A stretch of DNA of 64,000 bases, from the IMG/VR virus record IMGVR_UViG_3300028886_000042; one strand, given 5' to 3'. The notes under the pieces are model-generated. The model made no database searches. It saw nothing but the letters and a program-made list of their open reading frames with translations, and was not told the DNA's origin. This document shows, in pieces, positions 9,171-18,685 of the stretch. A program made the position numbers and the translations under genes. Source of the DNA: a virus (taxonomy: Duplodnaviria; Caudoviricetes). The number at the start of each line of letters is the position of its first letter. The first letter of the stretch is position 1.

Positions 9171-9186
9171 AAAGAATTACAATACG

Positions 9187-9423
9187 ATGGCATATAACAA
9201 ATCAAACCCATTTGACTGGGGAAATACGGAACCTGCAACGGTAACAAAGGAGGAAGGTGAAAAGGATAAGTTCAACACCATCCCTACACAGAGAAATGCT
9301 TCCTATACAGAAGTTCCTGAGGAGCAGTTCATAAATACAGCATTAGACAGCTTTGTGGAAAATATTGAGGCTCCGACTCCGCAACTTAAGAAGATTTGCG
9401 GAATCGAATGTCCGAGTGCATAA
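9187..9423 (+). CDS. Hypothetical protein
   Basis: 78-aa ORF ending just before a terminator. Confidence 0.65.
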   Translation: MAYNKSNPFDWGNTEPATVTKEEGEKDKFNTIPTQRNASYTEVPEEQFINTALDSFVENIEAPTPQLKKICGIECPSA

Positions 9424-9424
9424 A

Positions 9425-9462
9425 AAGAGAAAACCGAGGCTTAAAGCTTCGGTTTCTTTTTT
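9425..9462. terminator. Bidirectional terminator
   Basis: AAACCGAGGC-TTAAA-GCTTCGGTTT with A/T tracts, between convergent genes. Confidence 0.75.
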
Positions 9463-11243
9463 CAACTGACAAAGTCGAGCAGTTCATTAAAGAGTGCGTT
9501 ATCTTCTTCTATCTTTTCCTTTTTGTCAAGGATTATGTTGTTTTCCAGTTTAGGCAAATCTTCTATTTTCGTTGCTGTTCTGATATTCATCTTTGCTATT
9601 TCAGACTTTTCCATTTTTATCATGGGTTCTTTGCCTAAAACCTTGCATATCTTATTCTCTATATAGTTCAGTTCATTCAGAATAGCAGAAGTTTCCGATA
9701 CATTTCCGCATGGCGGTACTTCCTTCTCAGATATGAAACCGAGTTTGTTCTTTGCCCTTGTGTATGCAACATATAGAAGGTTTTTCTCCTGTATCTTCTC
9801 CCATTCATGGGTTGTGTTCTTGCATGGCATCATCGAGTGGCATAGTATGTATACATTTTCCGACTCAAGCCCCTTTGCCTTGTGTATAGTTGACAGACAT
9901 ACCCCTTCACTGTCATCCTTGAATACCTTTCTGATATGTTCGATAAGTTCTGATTTCGTACTTACGCATTCGGCTAATATGTACAGTGAGTTTATTGAAT
10001 CATATGTGCTCATTATATATGAGGATAATGTGGCATCTTCAATGTCAAGCCCTCTTGTCATAATTAGTTTGTTCCTGTCATTGAAAAGTCTGTCATATAA
10101 CCGTGTAAATACACCGTCACCGTTAAGGTTAACATCAAGTTCTTCCGCGTCAATTGACTCTAACATGGAAATAAGATTCTTACTTATATCCTGTCCTTTG
10201 ATATAACAGTTCACTCCTCTTCGGATGAGTTTAGTATAGAGTTTTACAAGTGGTGCTTTTGAGCGTGACAGTACCATGTCACCGTTTTTAATCATTCCTA
10301 CGCTACAGTCGTTTATTATCATTCCCTCTTCGGCATCATCCCTGCATTTCATTTCCGGTACGAGTGTATTTGCAAGCCTTGTAATGCTTTTTGCACATCT
10401 GTATGATACAGGTAATGGGAATACCGTCGTATTAGGAAGGTTGCACATGAAATTGAATGCATCCTCAGAAGCACCGGCGAAACTGTATATTGCCTGTGAG
10501 CTGTCACCTAATGCGATGAACCTTGAACCCCGTTTAAGGCATTTAAGGAAAAGCTGTATTGACAGAAGTGACAAGTCCTGACATTCGTCTATGACAATCC
10601 AGTCGAATTGAAGTCCTGACGGTCTCAGTGACAGTTCATAAGGTAGCCAAACCATGTCCGTATAGTCGATTGAAGAGAAGTTTTCCTTACCCCATTCAAG
10701 GCATTTAAGCGTTACTTCACATTCGTCATAGAAAATCGGTATATCATATTTCGCAGCAACGGCCTTTATTTCGTTAACTGACTGTGCAAGATTGAAGCGT
10801 GAGTAGTCAATAAGTAATGTTATGTTATCTATATACTCCTGAATCATCTGTTTCGGTATTATATCTTCCATATCAGTAAGTTCAGACAGACTGTTCTTAA
10901 GGAAGGTACGGTATTTGTATTCATTTATCTCAATATCGTTTCCGAGATTCCTTCTTACGATAAGATACCCCAAACCGTGTATTGTCCTTACGGTACAGTT
11001 GTTATATCCCTCTAATTTTTTAGACAGTTCTTCAACAACACTCTTGTTGAATGCTATAAACAGGCATTTCTTGCTTTTTGGTACGAGTTTCATGGCAGAA
11101 ATACCGGTTGTTGTTTTTGCCGAACCTGCACTTGCCTTAATAACAGCATTTCCGACCCCGTTTGTAACGAAGTCGAAAATCTTCTGCTGATATTCAGACG
11201 GTATGAAACCGAAATCTATGTTTTTATTCCTTTTGCTTTGCAT
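9462..11243 (-). CDS. UvrD/Rep-like superfamily 1 helicase
   Basis: ASAGSAKTT, AFNK, TIHGLG, IVIDECQD, GDSSQAIYSFAGA, SYRC, STIHKAKGLE, LLYVAYTRAK; likely start MQSKRNK at 11243. Confidence 0.9.
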   Translation of the reverse strand: MQSKRNKNIDFGFIPSEYQQKIFDFVTNGVGNAVIKASAGSAKTTTGISAMKLVPKSKKCLFIAFNKSVVEELSKKLEGYNNCTVRTIHGLGYLIVRRNLGNDIEINEYKYRTFLKNSLSELTDMEDIIPKQMIQEYIDNITLLIDYSRFNLAQSVNEIKAVAAKYDIPIFYDECEVTLKCLEWGKENFSSIDYTDMVWLPYELSLRPSGLQFDWIVIDECQDLSLLSIQLFLKCLKRGSRFIALGDSSQAIYSFAGASEDAFNFMCNLPNTTVFPLPVSYRCAKSITRLANTLVPEMKCRDDAEEGMIINDCSVGMIKNGDMVLSRSKAPLVKLYTKLIRRGVNCYIKGQDISKNLISMLESIDAEELDVNLNGDGVFTRLYDRLFNDRNKLIMTRGLDIEDATLSSYIMSTYDSINSLYILAECVSTKSELIEHIRKVFKDDSEGVCLSTIHKAKGLESENVYILCHSMMPCKNTTHEWEKIQEKNLLYVAYTRAKNKLGFISEKEVPPCGNVSETSAILNELNYIENKICKVLGKEPMIKMEKSEIAKMNIRTATKIEDLPKLENNIILDKKEKIEEDNALFNELLDFVS

Positions 11244-11298
11244 TTCTTTTCTTTGAATATTCGTCAATTCCTTCCACTGTAATTGTAAGGTCTTCCTC
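11224..11298 (-). pseudogene. Orphaned 3' end of the gene interrupted by the IscB element
   Basis: EEDLTITVEGIDEYSKKRNAKQKE-stop directly after the element end, with no start codon of its own; overlaps the helicase start. Confidence 0.6.
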
Positions 11299-11330
11299 GT
11301 TGAAAAATTGTGCAAGGAGACCCACGTGTT

Positions 11331-12590
11331 TTAACCGTGGGATGAATTGCACCCTCTCTTTTCACTTTTTATTTTAATCAGTCTGTTACATATAGTAACT
11401 ATTCTCAAATGTTTGTAACCCACACCGTCACGTTCCTCTCCATCTAAACTCATCAGACGGAATGAACCACTGCTTCGTTTAGCCTTTATCAGATATGTGT
11501 TACTTTTGTACTTAACCACGTCCCATAAACGATAACCCTTTACACAGTATGCACTCTGATTACGTTTAAGTTTGCCGCCTTTACAGATATTGAACTTGTG
11601 TATCTGTCTGTTATGTCTACGTACCTGCCTTAACTCCCACATATCACAGCATAACTTCGCATTAAGATTACCACTTATCACTTGTGCATCGTTCGTATGA
11701 CTTTTCTCTATACCGTACTTTATACGGTTGTACTTCGTTATATACCCATACGTGTACCGAACAGTGATGTCACCGTTTTCCTCTTTTACAACCTCGTACA
11801 GACGGTCTTTGATTAGATTCATACCGGCTGCATCACGCATGGACTTACCGCGTTTAATGTTAAGCTCTATCTCGCCCCTATGATATGCATCATGACATGT
11901 ATGACATAACGTAACCAGATTATTCGGTGCATTACCGCCGGTCTTTCTGCTTTCAATGTGATGTACATTCAGTATTTTATCACCGGACTTACCGTGACAG
12001 TGCTGACATTCGTGATGGTCTCTGTACAGTACATACTCGCGTGTATTATATGACCCCTCCTGTTCCCCGTGCTGATAGTCCGTCCCTTTTATATCAGGAT
12101 TAGCAAGTTTTTGAATATCGAACGGTGCAACTTCCAAAATTATCGAGGTTATCGGTAGAAGTTTCCTTACGTACTTAACGACTTTGGCATGGAATGCCAC
12201 TTTGTTAAGAATGGAAGGCGCTAGCCATCCCTTTTTCTTAGATGTTATACGGTTATTGAATCTTTCGGGTCTGTAACGTAAACGGTTCCGGCGTGTTTTA
12301 CGTAGCTCCTTTCTTGTGGCAATCAGTTTAGTAGTGTCCCCACGCAGTATTGCCTCTGCTGAGTAAAGTACCTTGGTTTCCGTTGTAGCAGAAACACCGA
12401 TGTGTCTGGTTCCACAGTCAATACCAAGTGATACGTTTTGGGTATGCCTTGGCTTGTCAGTGGTAAGTTTAATGGTGAACGGATATACGGACACAACGGT
12501 TGCTTCCTTCTTTTTGAGGAGGAATCTTACTCTGTAATGCCTCTGTGTAGGCATTAAAGGTGTACCGTCTGTGTCTAATACGTAAACCAT
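11331..12590 (-). CDS. iscB: IscB RNA-guided endonuclease
   Basis: PLMP motif, RuvC-I LGIDCG, Arg-rich bridge helix RRNRLRYRPERF, RuvC-II ILEVAPFD, HNH CQHC...HHI...NLVTLCHTCH, RuvC-III SHTNDA. Confidence 0.95.
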   Translation of the reverse strand: MVYVLDTDGTPLMPTQRHYRVRFLLKKKEATVVSVYPFTIKLTTDKPRHTQNVSLGIDCGTRHIGVSATTETKVLYSAEAILRGDTTKLIATRKELRKTRRNRLRYRPERFNNRITSKKKGWLAPSILNKVAFHAKVVKYVRKLLPITSIILEVAPFDIQKLANPDIKGTDYQHGEQEGSYNTREYVLYRDHHECQHCHGKSGDKILNVHHIESRKTGGNAPNNLVTLCHTCHDAYHRGEIELNIKRGKSMRDAAGMNLIKDRLYEVVKEENGDITVRYTYGYITKYNRIKYGIEKSHTNDAQVISGNLNAKLCCDMWELRQVRRHNRQIHKFNICKGGKLKRNQSAYCVKGYRLWDVVKYKSNTYLIKAKRSSGSFRLMSLDGEERDGVGYKHLRIVTICNRLIKIKSEKRGCNSSHG

Positions 12591-12604
12591 TGTTTTTGTT
12601 TTTT

Positions 12605-12904
12605 AAAAATAACCCTGTTAGGGGTAAGTCTCCAACCTAAGTTGGGTAAGGCTCCCATCGCCAATGTTATTCCGTGGTTTCCTTTATTCGTCAGCAGCAC
12701 TGTCCCTACCTCTCAGGACTGTTTAACCACTGACCGCAGAGCGGCAGACTTGGAAGTATATCCACCGGTGCCTATGCATTCACGGATAACGGAGTTCAAG
12801 GGGATAAATCCCTATCACCAAGGCTAATCAATAAGGGCTTGTTTTCAGTAAGGCACGCTTGCCTCGCCTATCAAGCCCACTCCTTTTAGGGGTGGGTTAT
12901 TGAC
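12605..12904 (-). ncRNA. omegaRNA (HEARO-like) scaffold upstream of iscB
   Basis: About 300 nt of GC-enriched, hairpin-rich leader with typical blocks (GTCAATAACCC, ATTAGCCT, ATAGGCACC, GCTCTGCGG, TTAAACAG, AACATTGGCGATGGG); boundaries approximate. Confidence 0.85.
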
Positions 12905-13393
12905 GTAGCCTTCGATGAGTTTCTTAATCTTTTCGGCAAGTGTTTCTTCTTTTGAGTCTGTTTGATTAATGAATTCTTCGACTTCGTTTATATAATTGTC
13001 AAGGTCTTCTTCATTTTCAATATTCATATACTCAAGGAGTTTATTAATCTTTTCTCCAAGTATCTCACCTTTTGAGTTCCCGATAGTTTTTTCCAACAGC
13101 TGATTTCTGTTAACTGGTGGTGTATATCTTATATCCTCAAAGGTTATTCCTGAGCCGTTTAGCAGCATGATTATCGATATTAGGCGTGAGTCAACCTTGT
13201 TGACGGTTACTTCATCTTCAAGCCATTCCTTCAAATCTTCCTTATCTTTAACACTTAGAATATTTGCGATTTCAGCCGTAGTCAGTGAATATTCATCCTT
13301 AAGATTTAGAATATATTTTCTGATATAATTCAATAGTCTGCTGTTAATTACGTCCACTTCGTTGTCGAAGATATCCAAAACATTTTTGTCCAT
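12845..13393 (-). CDS. Hypothetical protein (possible HTH), C-terminus replaced by IscB-element sequence
   Basis: LTTAEIANILSV is HTH-like; the last 19 residues VNNPPLKG...PY are read from the element end. Confidence 0.65.
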   Translation of the reverse strand: MDKNVLDIFDNEVDVINSRLLNYIRKYILNLKDEYSLTTAEIANILSVKDKEDLKEWLEDEVTVNKVDSRLISIIMLLNGSGITFEDIRYTPPVNRNQLLEKTIGNSKGEILGEKINKLLEYMNIENEEDLDNYINEVEEFINQTDSKEETLAEKIKKLIEGYVNNPPLKGVGLIGEASVPY

Positions 13394-13414
13394 ATAAAAT
13401 TAATTAAAAGTCGT

Positions 13415-14032
13415 TTATTTCTGATAGTCTGTTTTCCTGTATTTCTCAAGTTCTTCCTGATATTTCCTTGTATTTACATATCCGCAGCAGTTAAGTTCCC
13501 TACAGAAGCCTGAATATACACAGTTCGGAACCATTTTGTCTGCCATTATGACATCCTGTTTTGCTATTTCATCCTTTACCATCTTCCATGCTTCCCTTGT
13601 TTCCCTTGAGGCACAGTTGCAAAGCCTTTTCCGTGATATGTTAATCAGGGTCTGTGCATTAACTACAAAGTCCTGGTCATTTGGTGTACCTTGCGGAAGT
13701 TCGTCACGCGAACAGTTCAGTTCCCTTCTGTCCTCCCTCTGTGAATGTATAAATGGTAGTGTATGTTCATGTCTCAGAAGGTGTACACCTACAAACTGTC
13801 TCAGGTTCTTGAATGAAATAAGATATTCTACGAGTTTAATCGGTGAATGTTCAGCTAACAGTATTTTTGCCTTCCAGTTATCTGAGGGTTCCTTGTCTAT
13901 AGGTTCTTTTCCTATTGTTCTCCTTGCAGCGTTTAATGCACGTTTCCATGGTGTTTCCTGTGTTACGGTAACTGAAAGGTCACTCCTGTTCTCCGATTTC
14001 TCCTTCATCTTCCGGTTTGCTGTAGATTCCAT
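13415..14032 (-). CDS. thyX: ThyX-like flavin-dependent thymidylate synthase
   Basis: EHSPI, HLLRHEH...HSQR, ISRKRLC...ETR, VPNCVYSGFCRE; the start may be at 14008. Confidence 0.7.
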   Translation of the reverse strand: MESTANRKMKEKSENRSDLSVTVTQETPWKRALNAARRTIGKEPIDKEPSDNWKAKILLAEHSPIKLVEYLISFKNLRQFVGVHLLRHEHTLPFIHSQREDRRELNCSRDELPQGTPNDQDFVVNAQTLINISRKRLCNCASRETREAWKMVKDEIAKQDVIMADKMVPNCVYSGFCRELNCCGYVNTRKYQEELEKYRKTDYQK

Positions 14033-14513
14033 TATCCTGTGCGTAAGTATAGTTTATATTCATTGACTTGAAAAGCCTTGTTATCGATACCTGATTCTCA
14101 ACACCTTCAAAAATCGGACGGTCATTTAGTTTCAGTACGAATTCACCTGTAACCCCGTTAAGGTCTATATGGTATTTAAGTCCCTTGAATGCATTTTCGG
14201 TCAGTTCGTTTTCCTCGTCAAAAATCTTTTTCAGTTCGTCAAGTTCTTCTTTCGTAGTATCTTCGATTCTGACACCCTTATATTTCTTTATTATGAATTT
14301 GTTAAGGGCATTTCCGCTTGATTCGGCATTCTTGAAAATAATATAGTCCTTTACTTCTATGTCCTTATAAAGGTATGTACGTCCTTCCTTGAATACGACC
14401 TTCAGTGTTTTCCTGTCCGTGTAAGTATCATAGCACACACTGTATACTACATTACTGCTGTCATACCATACATGGTCTTTGTTGTCTGAGTATTTGTTGT
14501 AAATTGCCGACAT
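13980..14513 (-). CDS. KTSC-domain protein
   Basis: DSSNV..CYD...TLKVVFKEGRTYLYKDI....F.NAESSG..LNKFI. Confidence 0.75.
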   Translation of the reverse strand: MSAIYNKYSDNKDHVWYDSSNVVYSVCYDTYTDRKTLKVVFKEGRTYLYKDIEVKDYIIFKNAESSGNALNKFIIKKYKGVRIEDTTKEELDELKKIFDEENELTENAFKGLKYHIDLNGVTGEFVLKLNDRPIFEGVENQVSITRLFKSMNINYTYAQDNGIYSKPEDEGEIGEQE

Positions 14514-14632
14514 AATAGAATAATAATTTTTTCGTTTGCAAATATACGTCATAAAAACGATAAAACAAAGTTATATATTGAAAAAAGTTATGCCAAACCA
14601 TATATTAAGAAGAAAGAATAAGCGAATTATCT

Positions 14633-17050
14633 ATGTTAGAGGCTAATTTTACGAGTGAAACGGCAAAAGTGTTTCAGTATATAAAGGATAAGCTTATCAA
14701 AGAATATCCTACTGATAATATTTCAATTGACTATTTTTTCCTGTCAGTGCTGGAAAACACTGATTCGGTAGCATATAAGATACTGTCAAAAACAACCATT
14801 ACAAGTACGCTTGACAGTATTCACAGGTGGTTTAAGGATATGATGTCCAAGGTACATAACTCAAATACCGGTGTCACTACGATTAAGTATGACGTACTGT
14901 ATGACCGGGCGATAGAGAAATCAAAGAAGGACTACGGTTCGGACGAGATTAATTCAGGTCATCTGCTGCTGTCAATACTTAAGATTAACGATACGATAGC
15001 AGCACCGTTCAAGGAGGTCGGCATAACACATTCACAGCTGCTTACGAACCTTAATTCGATGTTTCCGCAGAAGGAAAACAGAAAAGGAAACAATTTTACC
15101 GTAAAGATGCAGGTTACAAAGGGTGCTGTTGAGGAGATGCTGATTAACATGAACGAGCAGGCAGCGAACGGTAAGATAGATGACGTTATCGGTAATGATG
15201 ATGTAATCAGGCAGATATTCAACATACTTACTAAGAGAGACCGTAATAATGTGATAATAGTCGGTGATTCCGGAATAGGTAAAACAGCCACTGTATTGCA
15301 CATTGCGAATCTTCTCGTTGACGGAAAAGTACCAAAGCCTTTCAGAAACAAGAAGCTGATGAAGCTTGATTTCATGTCATTAGTATCCGGTGCCGCATTA
15401 AGGGGTAATTTCGAGACGAAGTTCAATGCCATAGTAACGGATGCCGTAAAGAAGAACGGCTATATTTTCTTCCTTGACGATATACAGTCCGTATTGTCCG
15501 AAAACAGCAAGTTTTCCGAGATAAACACCGATAATATATTAGACCCTATACTTTCGGAACGTAACATAGGCTTCATATGCACGTCAACAGAAAAATTCTA
15601 TAATACATACATAGCAAGCAGACCTTCGCTTAAACGCAGGTTTCAGAAGATAGTGATGCACGAGAAGGATGACAGTGAACTTAGGACTATCATTAATGTA
15701 TGCAAGCGCAAATATGAGAACTACCATAATGTTTCAATAGATGAAAATGTAGTGGAAACATGTATAAAACTCATAAGGAGATATGCAAAGGACGCAAAAC
15801 TTCCGGACTATGCCCTTGATATCCTTGACGAGGCGGCTGCAATGAAGACAATTGACGTGGTTGAGGATGAACGAGTGTTAAGATGTAATGCAAGGCTAAG
15901 TGAAATCGGTGAAAAACTTGGAATGTTAAGCGGAAGCACCGATAGCGGAAGTGATGAGGAGTTCGAGGAACTTAAGAAGGAGGAAATATCGGTTAAGTCA
16001 GAGCTTTCGCAGATTGAAAAGGAAAAGGCTTTCAAGAATACTGTAAAAGTAGTTACGGAAGATGATATACGCGAACTTATATCACTTAAGACAAACATAC
16101 CGGTAACAACACTTACGACTGATGAGGTAAGCAAACTCAAATCACTCGCAGACAGACTGAAGAAAAGCGTGATAGGTCAGGATGAGGCAGTTGACGAGGT
16201 ATGCAGGATAGTAAAGAGACAGCGTATCGGAATGAGCAGCAAGAACCGTCCGTCGGTACTGTTCTTTAGCGGAAGTACGGGTACAGGAAAAACCTATCTT
16301 GCTAAGAAACTTGCGGAAGAGGTGTTCGGTTCTGAAAAGGATATGGTAAGGCTTGATATGAGCGAGTATTCCGACAAGATGAGCGTGAACAAGCTTTACG
16401 GTGCTGCAAGCGGATATATAGGATATGACAAAGGCGGTATTCTTACCGAGGCGATTAAGAAGAACAATCACTGTGTACTTCTCCTTGACGAGATGGAAAA
16501 GGCGAATGAGGACGTGCATAATGTATTCTTACAGCTTTTCGACGAGGGCAGACTTACGGATAACATGGGAAATATTGTAGATTTTTCAAATGTCATAGTC
16601 ATAATGACATCTAACGTAGGTGCAAAGGACATAAGCGAGAAGGGAAAAGGAATCGGATTCATAAAAGATACAGATACCGAAAACCGTGAAATAATAGAAA
16701 AGGCGATGAAGAGGGTTTTCAAGCCTGAGTTCATTAACCGCATAGACTGTATTGTGCATTTCAACAGACTGAGTGAAGATAACATAAAGCATATCATTAA
16801 AACTGAGCTGGATAAACTTGCAGACAAACTTAAGTCAATTGACTATAAACTCGGGGAAACTTTCTTTGATGATGACTGTATAGCATACCTTTATAATAAG
16901 GTAATTGACAAACCCGAATACGGGGCACGGCCCGTAATCTATACGATACAGCGTGAAATAGAGGATAAAATAACAGATTATATCATTGAAAACCAACCGG
17001 TTAAGGGTTTTGTGTTCGAAACAGCGGATATTCCTTTGGTTTTTGACTGA
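14633..17050 (+). CDS. ClpC/ClpB-family AAA+ unfoldase
   Basis: Clp N-domain, GDSGIGKT, RRFQKI, LPDYALDILDEAAA, GSTGTGKT, LLLDEMEKA, GIGF loop, PEFINRID, YGARP. Confidence 0.92.
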   Translation: MLEANFTSETAKVFQYIKDKLIKEYPTDNISIDYFFLSVLENTDSVAYKILSKTTITSTLDSIHRWFKDMMSKVHNSNTGVTTIKYDVLYDRAIEKSKKDYGSDEINSGHLLLSILKINDTIAAPFKEVGITHSQLLTNLNSMFPQKENRKGNNFTVKMQVTKGAVEEMLINMNEQAANGKIDDVIGNDDVIRQIFNILTKRDRNNVIIVGDSGIGKTATVLHIANLLVDGKVPKPFRNKKLMKLDFMSLVSGAALRGNFETKFNAIVTDAVKKNGYIFFLDDIQSVLSENSKFSEINTDNILDPILSERNIGFICTSTEKFYNTYIASRPSLKRRFQKIVMHEKDDSELRTIINVCKRKYENYHNVSIDENVVETCIKLIRRYAKDAKLPDYALDILDEAAAMKTIDVVEDERVLRCNARLSEIGEKLGMLSGSTDSGSDEEFEELKKEEISVKSELSQIEKEKAFKNTVKVVTEDDIRELISLKTNIPVTTLTTDEVSKLKSLADRLKKSVIGQDEAVDEVCRIVKRQRIGMSSKNRPSVLFFSGSTGTGKTYLAKKLAEEVFGSEKDMVRLDMSEYSDKMSVNKLYGAASGYIGYDKGGILTEAIKKNNHCVLLLDEMEKANEDVHNVFLQLFDEGRLTDNMGNIVDFSNVIVIMTSNVGAKDISEKGKGIGFIKDTDTENREIIEKAMKRVFKPEFINRIDCIVHFNRLSEDNIKHIIKTELDKLADKLKSIDYKLGETFFDDDCIAYLYNKVIDKPEYGARPVIYTIQREIEDKITDYIIENQPVKGFVFETADIPLVFD

Positions 17051-17096
17051 AAAGGAGTATATTTGCAAAAAAATCTGAAACTGTATATTTATTTTT

Positions 17097-17474
17097 ATGG
17101 AACGGAAGATTGTTATAACAGAGGAAACGGAACAGAAACTGATAGGTGATATACTCACGGAAGGGTTTACACCTGACAGGGAGAAGGTTCTTATAGTAAA
17201 GGAATTCCTTGATGACGGTTTTTCACCGGTTGTTATTGACGATATTGACGCAAACGGATATCCTAAGAAGGTTAAGATGGTTAACATGGTTAGCGGGGGA
17301 CAGCCATTGAAAACAATGAGAATGAGGGAACTTCTGCTAATGCTTATGGATAAGTTTGCTCCTATGATAACCGATGAGAGTGACCGTAAGAAGTTTCTTG
17401 AAGAGATTGTAAGGGAATGGTATAGTGGGAAACTGTCAAAAAACGGCCTGTTGGCTGTTAACTTCATAAAATGA
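17097..17474 (+). CDS. Hypothetical protein with ITEE-type leader
   Basis: MERKIVITEETEQKLIGDILTE; TATTTAT at 17086-17092. Confidence 0.7.
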   Translation: MERKIVITEETEQKLIGDILTEGFTPDREKVLIVKEFLDDGFSPVVIDDIDANGYPKKVKMVNMVSGGQPLKTMRMRELLLMLMDKFAPMITDESDRKKFLEEIVREWYSGKLSKNGLLAVNFIK

Positions 17475-17579
17475 ATGCAGTTTTTCCATTGAAAAAATGT
17501 GAAAACGGCGCAGTTTTTATATCGAAAAATGTGATTTCTGTGCTGTTTTTCCATTGAAAATAAAAAATTAAATTTTAAG

Positions 17580-18047
17580 ATGAGACAAACACTAATTAAA
17601 GCGTTATTAACACTAACTTTCATGATTTGCGGCTTGGAAATCTTTTCGCAAAGTACACCGGCAGAAAACAGATGGGACAATTTAATAAAGGCAATTAGCG
17701 CAGTTGAGAGCAAAGGAAACCCAAAAGCAGTAGGAGGAATTCATGTAGGAATACTACAGATTTCACCGGTATTAGTAAATGAATGTAACCGTATAAACAA
17801 ACTAAAGAAAAACAACAGACGGTTTACATTGGATGACAGGTATAGTGTAGAAAAATCAGTTGAAATGTTCTGGATAGTCCAAAACTTCTATAAGCCTAAG
17901 CATGAAGTGACCGATTCACAACTCATGGAACATATGATAAGGCTTTGGAACGGAGGTTGCGGGTATATGAAAAACCCACGTGCAACAGACGGTTATCTGA
18001 ATAAAGTATTAAATGCATTAAGGAGAATTGAAAATGCCTCTGACTAA
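17580..18047 (+). CDS. Lysozyme-like/lytic transglycosylase with signal peptide
   Basis: Hydrophobic N-terminus; AISAVES (catalytic Glu), GILQIS, RLWNGG. Confidence 0.75.
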   Translation: MRQTLIKALLTLTFMICGLEIFSQSTPAENRWDNLIKAISAVESKGNPKAVGGIHVGILQISPVLVNECNRINKLKKNNRRFTLDDRYSVEKSVEMFWIVQNFYKPKHEVTDSQLMEHMIRLWNGGCGYMKNPRATDGYLNKVLNALRRIENASD

Positions 18048-18143
18048 GAGGTGTTTTTTTTATGCCTTTAGGGAAATCCATATTTGTCCTATGGAAAATC
18101 CCTAAATAACTGTTTTTCAGTTGGTTCTACAAATTTCTTAAAC

Positions 18144-18150
18144 TATTTAT
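18144..18150 (+). promoter_or_regulatory. Phage late-promoter motif TATTTAT (representative copy)
   Basis: Found on the sense strand, mostly about 15-40 nt upstream of about 20 genes, including terL, portal, protease and scaffold. Confidence 0.8.
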
Positions 18151-18174
18151 TAATAAAAAAAGGAGGATTTACCC

Positions 18175-18612
18175 ATGAAGAAAGTTTTAATTAATCTGTT
18201 TATATGCCTTATGGTAATATTCACGTTTTCATCCTGTGTAACAAGCGCATTAGGTCAGGAGGTAGTACTTACTACTGAGGATGCAAGCGTAGTTGTTAAT
18301 TTAGGTACACCGTACTATCTTGACGGAAGTATATATTATTACATCTATAATAACAGATACTATTATCCGAGATACATTGACGGAAGGGTTTATTATCATT
18401 CATATGCGAGACCGTTACCTCATCACTATCATATGCACGGAAACACACCACATTATCCGCACAGAGGACATACGGATGTATATAGGAGATATCCGACACG
18501 GCAGACACCCGGTAGTATAAACAGAGGCTCAGTCGGAAATTATAACAGAGGAATGCATAATCCGGTACCGAGAAGCGGAGGGAATATGTCAGTACCGAGA
18601 GGGAGGAGATAA
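18175..18612 (+). CDS. Putative lipoprotein, Tyr/His/Arg-rich
   Basis: Signal peptide with FSSC lipobox; TATTTAT at 18144-18150. Confidence 0.6.
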   Translation: MKKVLINLFICLMVIFTFSSCVTSALGQEVVLTTEDASVVVNLGTPYYLDGSIYYYIYNNRYYYPRYIDGRVYYHSYARPLPHHYHMHGNTPHYPHRGHTDVYRRYPTRQTPGSINRGSVGNYNRGMHNPVPRSGGNMSVPRGRR

Positions 18613-18685
18613 GGGCAGGTTTTTATAATCTGCCTTTTTTTTGTTATATATTTCGATATTTATATGAAATAAACATTAATTTAAA

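Larger units (their letters stand above)
11299..12904 (-). mobile_element. Non-autonomous IS200/IS605-family IscB (OMEGA) element
   Basis: Begins GTCAATAACCC with hairpin CCCACCCCTAAAAGGAGTGGG; ends with the related hairpin CCCACGGTTAAAACACGTGGG; no tnpA. The lower boundary is uncertain by a few nt. Confidence 0.85.

Noticed and set aside
11299-12904. IStron (group I intron-containing IS) that could splice out and restore the split gene
   Set aside because: The element is fully occupied by the omegaRNA and iscB; I see no room or motifs for a group I intron core.
16835-17713. 292-aa antisense ORF and many other opposite-strand ORFs in the track
   Set aside because: Shadow ORFs overlapping well-supported genes, with atypical composition and no motifs.
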